Part shown: positions 54,091 to 64,000 of the stretch, one piece after another
Layout: the number at the start of each line of letters is the position of its first letter
Numbering within the stretch: position 1 is the stretch's first letter
Assembly: GCA_951406725.2 (NCBI GenBank)
Contig: OX597816.1
Location: 91,202,001-91,266,000 of the forward strand
Reading direction: 5' to 3'
Source: Octopus vulgaris
Lineage: Eukaryota
DNA: 64,000 nt
The notes under the pieces: generated by a model
Database searches by the model: none
What the model was told of the DNA's origin: nothing
What the model saw: only the letters and a program-made list of their open reading frames with translations
Position numbers and translations under genes: made by a program

Positions 54091-56854
54091 CACTGATACT
54101 AAATGATTGCTAAAACGTTAATTAGATACCTGTTTCTTGTTTCTATCATAAGAGGTTTCTTAATTTATTGAAAAACAATTGCTTTAATAAGTCACAAATA
54201 TTCCATCATCAGGATTTAAAGCTCACTGTCACTAAAATATGGAAAAGGTTTAACAATACACCATACAAGTATAAAATGTTTTAAATCGATTATCATAAAA
54301 AAATACGTTATTGAAAAATAGATTAATATTGTTGAATTAAAAGTTAGTATGTGATAAATGTAAAAGAGAAGAATTACTTGAAACGTGATATGTCTTTCTT
54401 TACCTCGATACACTTCAGTTTTCTGGCTTTTTACATACATATATATACATATATATATATGGCAAAAATTTAGATTCAGATGAATATGGTACTTTAGTTG
54501 AGGCACCAGAGTTTAGTACGGTATTATCCATACAATTTCAAAATAAGGTGATTAGAATCAAAATAAGCAATGGATCGCTGGATATCTCTGATATGACAAA
54601 GGAATAAACAATTATGTAATGAAGTTCATTTGCTTACCGCTGATTCTACTATAAGATGCAATGTACTCACAGCTGAGTGCTTAAATATCATCTCATAGCT
54701 TCATCGTAGCTAAGATCTGATGAAGCTATAGGGTGTTGTTCATTGAGTTTGTAAAAATCATTTGCACCAACTTCAGATTGTTTCCTGATAAATCTGTGTT
54801 GAAGTTCCCTTAAGTTGGCACTATTCTAAGATTTCATAGTTGTGGTTGCTGTTTAACCCCGACTCAGTCATTGGAATTAAAAATGCCTTTCAACCGTTAC
54901 CATTTTCTCTCATATCAAAGACTATATTGCATAGTTTACTACGTCCGCTTTTATGCACATCGATCAAGTTTGGTTTTAGCGTTTGCTCAAGAATGGATTT
55001 AAAAACCCGTTTATTCTGAGTGTTTTATTCAGTTTTCAAACAGCTACCATCATCTCTCCTTTCTCTTTTTTTTTTTCTATTTACCCATCTCCCTTTATCT
55101 GTCTCATTCTATATATCTCTTTATTCCACTAGTTGAGAGAGAGAGAGAGAGAGAGAGAGATAAAGAGAGAGAGAGAGAGAGAGAGAGAGATAAAGAGAGA
55201 GAAGGGAAACAATAGAAAGATGAATGAGAGACTGAAATGAGGATGATCATAGAGTTTGACGCCATGTAAACTGTATTTTAGAATCCTTCGTTAAATAACA
55301 TTCTCCCTTAACTGTTGGTTCCTAATTTTTTTTTCCAAATCTACATACATTTCACCTTCCTATATCTTTTCTATTTTCATTTTTAATGGTCGTGGTGGTG
55401 TTGGTGGTGGGGGATAGGATGTAGTTTGAGCGGGATTTGGTTGCTATTTCTCAAAATGTACATAATTTCCCTGTTATGCGGATGTTTGCTTCGTTGTTTC
55501 AGAATATATACTTACAATACACAGGCACACACGCATATACAGACATACAGATTTCGAGAATAAACAACCGTTTTGAAAAATATTATTGGGGAAGCAGTGT
55601 ATTTTAAAGCATACAATTTGAAGTGGATGAACTAAAACACTTTGATAGCAGGTAATTATTAAAAGAAACGGAATTAATATCATGCGGTATAAAAAGATGT
55701 CTGTCATTAGAGTCACTATTGTAATATTTAAGTCGTAAAATAATCACACGTTTCAATCAGTTTAACGTATATGTACCCACTCGTGTGTAAGTATTCATAC
55801 CTCAATGAATATAAAATTCTAGTCCCATACAGTTAAGTTAGTATAGAAGCAGTTTGCCACCCACTAAAACAGTAATTTAATCCTCGAGTGCGATCTATTA
55901 AAAAGCAATAATAATTGTCTAACAATGAAGAGTTAAGATTTTACGTTTATTTCTTAAACAAGAGGATTGTTCAGTTGTATGTAGGACCGTTTAAACTACG
56001 TTTTATTTATCCTACCTTCTACTACTAACATTTAATGTGTTTTTGTAACTTACTCACGAGGAGTTTAAGTAATTTTCCTCTCTAATTATTATTCTCTTTC
56101 TCATACATGCACACATGATATAGTATGAAACAGTTTGGTAATCACATTATTTCCGTTACCTGTATAAATCTTCGAGCAGACAAACTAAGTCTATATTTAA
56201 TCAGAAGCTCAATAGATATAATCAAGAAATATTTCTAAGAAACCCACAGTATCAATATCAAAATTTGAACTTTAAACTTCTAAATTGCAAAGAAAGAAAT
56301 TAAAATAATATAATACACTTCCGATGAAATCCGTTAGCCTGATGTGCTTTTTTCACGTTAACTCATAAAACTGGCATGAGTAAGGTATAATTTGATGACA
56401 AGCTACTGAATATATGTGAGTACTTCTAAAGTGCTTACGAAGGAAAAGCGCAGAGTGGTGCCGAGAATTAGCTGGGTTTTCATGCTATCAAATTCACATG
56501 GTGTAAAATATGGGGAGCTAGATTCAATATTAAAGTGCTCAGGCTCTGCTGGCTTTTCTAGTGACGCCAATAAAAAAAACAACGACCTTTATTGTATTGT
56601 TACAAAGCTGCACCATGCTGATTAAGTCCGGTTGTTTCAGTGCAACCATTACTGACAATAGTAAGGTTCAACGTTGGAATGATACCGAAAATAAGTCAAA
56701 GGTTTAATTAGTTCCTTTAAATAAAAATGTCTCTTACCGTTATAAGTAATTTAATAGCGGGCATAAAAATTAATTATTTAATATATAAATTAACATAATT
56801 CCAATGCCAATCCATGCTATACTGGAAACGTGCACGATATATGTATGTATAAGT

Positions 56855-56929
<75 letters not shown>

Positions 56930-57479
56930 TATACATATACATATGTACGTATGTATATATAATTGTGCGTGTGTGTGTATATATATGTGTGTATGTGTGT
57001 GTGTGTATGTGTACTTACATGCATATATATACACACACGCACAAAATTTTCTTATTGAATAATATAAACAAAAATATATTATAAATATAAATAACGTATA
57101 CATTAAATTATGCCATTGAGTTTAAATACCATGAACATCAGAAAACGAATTCATACTGGTTAAGGTGGATTTCACAATACGAGAGTGACTAATGTTTTCC
57201 GAAATATTACCGTAAGAAAATAATGTTAATTAAAGTATTTCATCCCGGTGGTAGGAAAGATGTGTTACAATATGTAAATGAAAATAAAACAATTTCACAG
57301 TATTTCGATTATTTTAACGTACGAATTTCAATCCAAAATGCAATGCTTATAAACTCTATATCTGGATGGACTCATTTAAAAATCTGTTGGACTTTGGGAT
57401 TTTACTCAAAGGATATTGGAATATTACACATATATACCATTATGTCTATAAAACGGATTTACGAATTTAATAACCATAC

Positions 57480-57640
57480 ATATCTTACATCTATTTTCTT
57501 TCCTCCACCTCACTCTGTATTTGTATCACATCGAAACTAACTATGACTTCATTTTCCCTCTTACACCATCACCGATGAAATGATATTATTAATTAATATC
57601 CTAGAAACAGCTGTAAGACCTTTTATCTATAAATGCTCTA
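57480..57640 (+). repeat. Penelope pseudo-LTR-like fragment with decayed hammerhead
   Basis: CCGATGA (57572-57578)...gatatta/taatatc...GAAA-CAGCTG-TA-AGAC. Confidence 0.5.
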
Positions 57641-57859
57641 ATATATATATATACAGCCTTGGTTTTTTATTCCCATTACGCAAAAAATTCATATATACAC
57701 ACGCTGACAGAAAACCAACGTTGAACCCTTTATTCGCAATATTACCGAATCTGGAACTTAACTATGGTCTGTCTATAGCACTTATTCAGCATTACCTGAC
57801 ACCTTTGGGTCTCAATGACACCATTATTTCTTATAACCTCAACTTCTCGCGTATATATA

Positions 57860-58547
57860 TATATACGCAGACAATAAAAAAAGTCTCGCAGAAAATACAG
57901 GATCCCAACGATGTTGCATAACTGCAGCAGAAGTTGGACTCAATTTACAGAAGGGTTGAGGATAATAATATGCAGTTTAATACTGAAAAATTCCAAGCCC
58001 TGAGCTACCAGCGTCCAAAATTGAATATAAAACTTACAGGGTACACTGATCCATAGGGGTTACATCAGCCTAAATCAGTGAGGGACCTGTGTATCTACAT
58101 GAATGAGGATATCTATTTCCAAGTACACATTACCAGGGTGGCGACAAAGTGCAGACGACTGGCTGGATGAATCCTGAGAACGTTCAGAACCAGAGAGAAG
58201 GAAACCATGATGGTCCTCTGGAAGACACTCGTCCTCAGCCGCCTGGAAAACTGCTCCCAACAGTGTAAAATTAACAATGGACCTTGAAGCAATCCAGCGA
58301 AGCTTCACAAAGAAGATCGTCTCATTGCAACAGCTCAGCTACTTGGAAAGGCTGAAAAAGTTAGAACTCTCCTCCCCGGAGCGAAGGCGGGAGAGGTATG
58401 CAGTAATATACATTTGGAAGATCCTGGACGGAATTGTGCCAAATTTTGGCATTTAAAGCTACACCAATACCAGAATGGGTCAACACTGCAGAGTGCCAAA
58501 GATCCTAACAATGCCATTGCGCTTCAGGACAAGTTACTGCAACAGCA
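57860..58547 (+). mobile_element. CR1-like LINE RT C-terminal relic
   Basis: YADNKKVSQKIQ...LQQKLDSIYRRVEDNNMQFNTEKFQALSY and SVRDLCIYM...ILRTFRTREKETMMVLWKTLVLSRLENCSQ. Confidence 0.88.
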
Positions 58548-58588
<41 letters not shown>

Positions 58589-58620
58589 TGTGTGTGTGTG
58601 TATGTGTCTGTGTGTGTGTA

Positions 58621-58815
58621 AAGGAGACGAACGCTCGAGCTGTTGCTAATCCATTTATATCATGAAGTCCCCCTACATACGTTTCGACGTATGCTCTCCA
58701 AAGTGTCCGGCAGGATAAATAATGGTCAGCAGTGCACCAATCTCTTCAGGAGGTTTATGATCACAAGTTCATCAAATAAACATGTTAACCGAAAAAGAAA
58801 TTCCTACAAAATGTA
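58621..58815 (-). ncRNA. Hammerhead-bearing repeat copy B1, intact core (58670-58753)
   Basis: Minus strand CCUC-CUGAAGA-GAU...GUC-GAAA-CGUAUG-UA-GGGG. Confidence 0.72.
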
Positions 58816-59569
58816 TCTATATTTATGATAAAGGGAAATCTCTCCTTTATGCACGGAAGAACAATATTTTATTTTCTTGTCTAAGCATGAATTAGTAAAC
58901 AAATTTACAGAGAGAATTTTCAAATGCATCCATTGGACAAAGCACACGTTCAGTAATTTCAAATAATATCCACCCGAAACCTAGTGATATTTCATGCAAA
59001 CTTCTTTGCCATATTCCTCAATCTTACTCCCTTTCACCTTTACTCCCCCTTATTAACTTTTCTTTTGTCTATCAGTGTGCACAATATTTTATATGTGCCT
59101 ATAAGTGTATGGGTTTATTGTAGTGTGTAAATGTCTGTCGGTGTTTTCAGATGTGTGTGATCCTCTATATATGTATGAACGGTTGGTTATATTTATAAGT
59201 CGAGATCGTTAAAGTCCTGGAAAACATACTTAAGTATATGTATGCGTCTAGCTATATGCTTATGAGAATTATAGTGAGTTTACAAATCTATGGTTTAACA
59301 CATTTCTTCCCATTACCTAATAACAATTTATCCAAAGTTTCTTTTATTTCCTTTTCTTTTTCTTCTGGCTTTTCCTTCCTTTATTTCCCCTCCATATCTT
59401 TCTATAGTTCAGTTTCTTCTCTCACAATATCTACTTTGTTCCGATAACGTCTTTTTAAATTCCACGCGTCCATTGTTCTATGTAAATATTTTGTGAATGA
59501 ACGTAATCTTTATGTACTTAAGTGTGAGTATACAATCATGTGTTGGGGTCTATAGATATTTTGGGATGC

Positions 59570-59719
59570 GTATATCAATGATTATTTAAATTATTTATTC
59601 TGATTATTTATTCTGATTATTTATTATTCTGTATTTCATTATTATTTAAGATTAATTATTCTGATTAAGATTATTTATTCTGATTAAGATTATTTATTCT
59701 GTATATCAATGATTATTTA
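59570..59719. repeat. AT-rich minisatellite (gattatttattct units) between 19-bp direct repeats
   Basis: gtatatcaatgattattta at 59570 and 59701. Confidence 0.8.
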
Positions 59720-60179
59720 TGAGTATTAGTATATGAACGTTAGCGTATATTTTAGTATAGGTTTGATTCTAAGTCGCTACTGCATGAATATGTACGAGTA
59801 TATGTGTAGAGATATATATGCATATGTGTGTGAGTATATCTCAAAATATGTATATATGTATGTATGTATGTATGTGTGTATGTATGTATGTATATATGTA
59901 TGTGTGTATATGTATATATAATATTTTATATAAATATATATTAATATATATGTACGAGCAAAACGCCCCCCCCCCCCGTCCAATGGACGGTGCTGAGTTG
60001 TCAAACATTTAAACCAAATTTTCTCAAAACAACTTGTCCGACCGTCCCATAGGCCTCCCCTTTGAGAAACACTGATTTAACCTAAATTTGAGACACCGTG
60101 CATTTTTCTCGCGTATGCGTAGTATCGATCGCAACAGCTGATGTACTTGCGCGTACAAATGCACGTTCCCACGGCTTTA

Positions 60180-60346
60180 TCGATCGCATTCTCACCTGGA
60201 ATCGATTTTTGTAATTTTTCAAGACTTATACACGCCCTAATACCGTCGGTATCTACATATCAAATTTGAGCGCAATCGGGTGGAGGATGCCCGAGATCCT
60301 AGAACACACACACACAGACAAACAGAACGGATTTTATATAATAGAT
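60180..60346 (+). mobile_element. Possible Helitron/DINE-like non-autonomous 3' end
   Basis: atcaaatttgagcgcaatcgg...(ca)n-cagacaaacaga...ttttatataatagat terminus typical of such elements. Confidence 0.45.
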
Positions 60347-60508
60347 ATGTATATGTGTATGTATATATGTATATGTATAAGTGTTTGTATTTTGATGAGT
60401 GTGTATGTATGTGTTTGTACACGTTTGTGTTTTTGTATGAATATAATGTTTATATTTAAACGTCACATGTTTGAGTGTGAACGCCTGTGTCCAGAAAAAT
60501 AAATACGT

Positions 60509-60702
60509 TACATTTTGTAGGACTTTCTTCTTCGGTCAACATGTTTATTTGATAAGCTTGTTATCATAAACCTCCTGAATAGATTGGTGCACTGCTGACC
60601 ATTATTTATCCTGCCAGACATTTGGGAGTGCACTCGTCGAAACGTATGTAGAGGACTTCATGATATAAATGGATTAACAACAGCTCGAGCTTTCGTCTCC
60701 TT
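60509..60702 (+). repeat. Hammerhead-bearing repeat copy B2 (G8U core mutation), inverted relative to B1
   Basis: CCTC-CTGAATA-GAT...GTC-GAAA-CGTATG-TA-GAGG at 60571-60654. Confidence 0.78.
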
Positions 60703-61188
60703 TTTATATTTTAATGTTTTCTACTAAATAAGTCTTGCTATATCGGGATTATTTCCTAGGACACTTAGGCAACTTTTAGCTACTTTGTAATTGTTCCCTT
60801 GGATTTCTCCTATTAATTATAAACTCGCTCTCTCCGTATCTATATATAATTATATATATAGGATAAACTTCGCTGATGAAATCAATAAAATTCAAACACG
60901 ACATAAATTGTGTCTCTTATTTGCCAGAAAAATAAAAATAACGTTATTCATAGTCGAATAATCTCTTACGTTAAACACGTTTGCACAAACTTAGCTATTT
61001 CTTGTTTTGTATACCCATCGAATGCCCAACATATACCAATTTTGTCTTGTGTAATTTCAACTCAGGAATAAGCATATCTGTGAAGGTTAGGAAATTACTG
61101 CAACCACGTCGTATCAGGTTCGATCGAATCGAGCAGCATGCATCTTTCCCAATAGATATGGATCGAATTATTTTTCTGTTCATATGCA

Positions 61189-61535
61189 TAGGTGCAGGCT
61201 TGGCTGTGTGGTAAGAAGTTTGTTTCTGAATCGCATGGTTGCGAGACCCTTTGGGCAGAGGTCTTCTACTATAGCCCTGGAGCAACCAAAGTGAGTGGAT
61301 TTGGGGAGGGGGGCAGAAACTGAAAGAAGCCCGTCGTATGTATAAGTGTGCGTGTGTTGCTACCGCTTGACAGCTGATGTTGGTTTGTTTACGTCTCCGT
61401 ACCGTAACTTAGCGGTTCTGCGAAAAAGACCGACTAGGGTTTTAAAAAAATAAGTACTGGGGTCGATTTTCTCGACTAAACCCTTCAACGAGGTACCCCT
61501 GCATGATTGCAGTCCAATGACTTAAGTAAGAATAA
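61189..61535 (+). mobile_element. tRNA-derived SINE
   Basis: Head and tail homologous to 31970-32370. Confidence 0.8.
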
Positions 61536-61599
61536 CGATTGCTCAATCTAGAGAAAGACGTTGTCTCCATGGCCTTCACAGACTCTCAGATAGTAGAGA

Positions 61600-62500
61600 G
61601 ATTGATACTTTTATCATTCCGTCTAAACTGTTGGCAGTTGCCATCCTGAGGATAAGACATGAGGAGGAAAGACCGGATATAGTGGTTAATGCTTGTTCTG
61701 AGGTAGTTTAACACAATATGGATGATGAGAGGAGGAGAAGGGAGTCGGTCAGGAGTACATAAATTGTCGTGTCACAAGACCATTTATACCCGATGAGCAT
61801 AAGCTTATACAGTAGCAGTAGAAAAGGCAATGAGTTAAAGCAACAAATCTGTGAGCCAGAGGCTGGAGAGTATATGTCAGTGACCTTATGTCAGTTAGTT
61901 GAGTAACTTTCTCTGAATACGGTCAAGAATGTCTGGCTGTACGGCGGCAGGACTAACCCAAATGTAGAAGCAATATCTTGACCTTATCTGAATTTTGAGC
62001 TCTGAACTTTGACTCTAGAAGAGTGGAGCCAGTTTTTGAGACTCGGTTCTAATTATGTTAACGTCTTTAGTATGCAGATTATTCTGTCAAATGTAATGAT
62101 TATTTCATCATGTCACAGCTTCGAGATTTCGATGTTGTGTTTGCTTATTTCTAAAACGACATTGTTGAATAAGTGTGAGGTTTGTACATAAAAAGGGTAA
62201 ATATTTGGGCCTGGTATGGCCAGTTGAAATGGTATTTCCTCGGTAGTAGTGTGACCTTTAAAACGATCACGCTGGTTCTAACTGCGTGCTGCTCATGCTT
62301 AAGGGGGTTAGGTGCAATAATGTTGTCTCAATATGGGTAATATTTGTATTTTTTGGGTGGGTGAGACGTTGTTGAAAGAGACAAGATTACCATGCCTCTT
62401 TTGGAGAATGCCTTGAAGGCCTCTGTTACTGGAATCAATGCAAGTTTGGTGCGTGGTTTCTGTGTTGCATATTGATGACACAAAGATAGAAAAAGATAGA
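61600..62500 (-). mobile_element. CR1/Jockey-group LINE relic, heavily deleted
   Basis: Minus-strand LQPLAHR..ALTHCLFYCYC..LCSSG resembles the LQPLSHRR..SLFYRYY..CSSE C-terminal motif; SNRGL-like APE start near 62430. Confidence 0.55.
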
Positions 62501-62989
62501 AAATAATAAAGGTTAATAGAGTGAAGTTTGACATGCAGACTGGGGAGAAGCTCGAAAAACATATATATTTGTATGTGTACGTCTGTGCGTTCATAGGTCC
62601 ACGTGGGTGTGCTTATGTGTGTGAGTGTATATTTATATAAGTTAGGGGTGAACTAAACCGGCACACCAGACAAATATATTTTGCGTTATTTATATTCGAT
62701 GTTGCCTAACGAAATCGATGTCTAAGTCGATAAAAATCAAATAAAAAATTTAAAGGCAATGCTACAATCTGGCTCCCCCAAAAAAGGACGCAGGCCATTA
62801 TTAGTCTTTCAATTCTAGTGCCTATTTATATTTACTTGTCCAAAAACAAAAACAAAAACAAAAACGAAAAACAACTACTTAGAATAAACAACTTCATTTA
62901 GTAGCTGTTTTATAGATAGCTACAGACCAAGTTCTAGGTTAATGGTTATTCTATACTTAGCATGCACCATGTCAACAGCAACAACAACA

Positions 62990-63640
62990 GTATCTCCAAC
63001 TTCCATGAATGGGACCTCATCCAAGAAAATATTCCAAGAAATATTTCGTTCTTACAATTACAGTTCTATTTCTTTTCAGTGAAGGATAAAACTACATATG
63101 GACAGTAAATATGTAGTTCAAAATGTGTATAGTGTTGTGTAAATACAGAAAGTGAAATTAGAAGAGAATAAGCGTAAGCTCTTTTACTCCTTTTTAGGTT
63201 CATTTTATATATCGGCAAAACACTATTTGAAAATAATATTTTGTTCTCAAAAATTGTTACTATATACTATATATTATATAAGCACAACTAACGAGAAATC
63301 CTTCAGAAAGAGGTTGACAGTGATTGATGCCATAGGAAGAAAATATTTACAAACTAAGACACCAAACATATGTGAAATTAATTTTTGTTTCTGTTTTATT
63401 GCTGCAACGATTAAGCTACATATCGGTGAAACATCATGGAAATAAACAACTGCAAGCCTATGGAAAACACTAAAGTATATATATAACAAGTAATGAAAAA
63501 GAATATTGATTGACAATTCTTCAAAAGAAAACAAATGTGTAGAGTTATAACATTTGTGCGAACGACCATAGAATTTCTGTAGCATCTATGAACATCAGAC
63601 ATCTTATTGCTTGGATGGTTCAATACTGTACACAAATACG
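62990..63640 (+). mobile_element. Possible Penelope-like GIY-YIG endonuclease relic
   Basis: PNICEINFCFC...LHIGETSWK resembles VY.I.C..C...YIGET.R; highly decayed. Confidence 0.4.
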
Positions 63641-63692
63641 AACGCCGAGAGCTTTTCAATAAACACTAACATTATTGTAAAGGATATATAAA

Positions 63693-63902
63693 ACGGTGAG
63701 CTGGCAGAATCGTTAGCATGCCGGACAAAATGTTTAGCGGCATTTCGTCCGTCTTTATGCTCTGGATTCAAACACCGCCGGTGTCGACTTTACCTTTCAC
63801 CCTTCGGAAATCGATAGAATAAGTACCGTTGAGCACTGGGTCGATGTAATTGACTTAGCTCCTGACCCGAAATTACTGGCCTTGTGCCAAAATTTGAAAC
63901 CC
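63693..63902 (+). mobile_element. SINE
   Basis: ggtgagctggcagaatcgttagca head, gtcgactttacctttcacccttcgg core, ggccttgtgccaaaatttgaaacc tail. Confidence 0.88.
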
Positions 63903-64000
63903 TCATTACATGCGTAATATAGAAACACTTTTCAAATACATATGTCACCTGCATTAACGACAGCCATCACACATCTAAGAAGATTTCTTTAAAATCGAAA

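Noticed and set aside
54695-54729. Short hairpin atagcttcatc/gatgaagctat containing CTGATGA
   Set aside because: Only 11 bp and no GAAA partner in register.
56416-56625. 69-aa non-repetitive ORF
   Set aside because: Non-ATG start, no motif and no convincing splice signals.

Overview
AT-rich, microsatellite-dense eukaryotic intergenic or intronic DNA. The SINE, LINE and simple-repeat content suggests a coleoid cephalopod, most likely Octopus (inference, not proven). I found no supportable host protein-coding gene: the ORF track is almost all microsatellite translations and decayed transposon fragments. Transposon relics include R4/Dong-like RLE LINEs, RTE, Tx1/L1 and CR1-like LINEs, a TIR-bounded Tc1 with DD36E spacing, a FLYWCH-MULE element, a pogo/Tigger relic, hAT and Helitron-like fragments, Penelope-like pieces and many tRNA-derived SINEs. 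The most notable signal is RNA structure. There are nine minimal type-I hammerhead ribozyme motifs, four of them in two head-to-head inverted repeat pairs. Two sequence-dissimilar repeats (25095-25170 and 49781-49850) carry the three hammerhead strands in a non-circularly permuted order (UH, then GAAA, then CUGANGA) with covarying helices. All calls were made by eye; no search or folding program was run.
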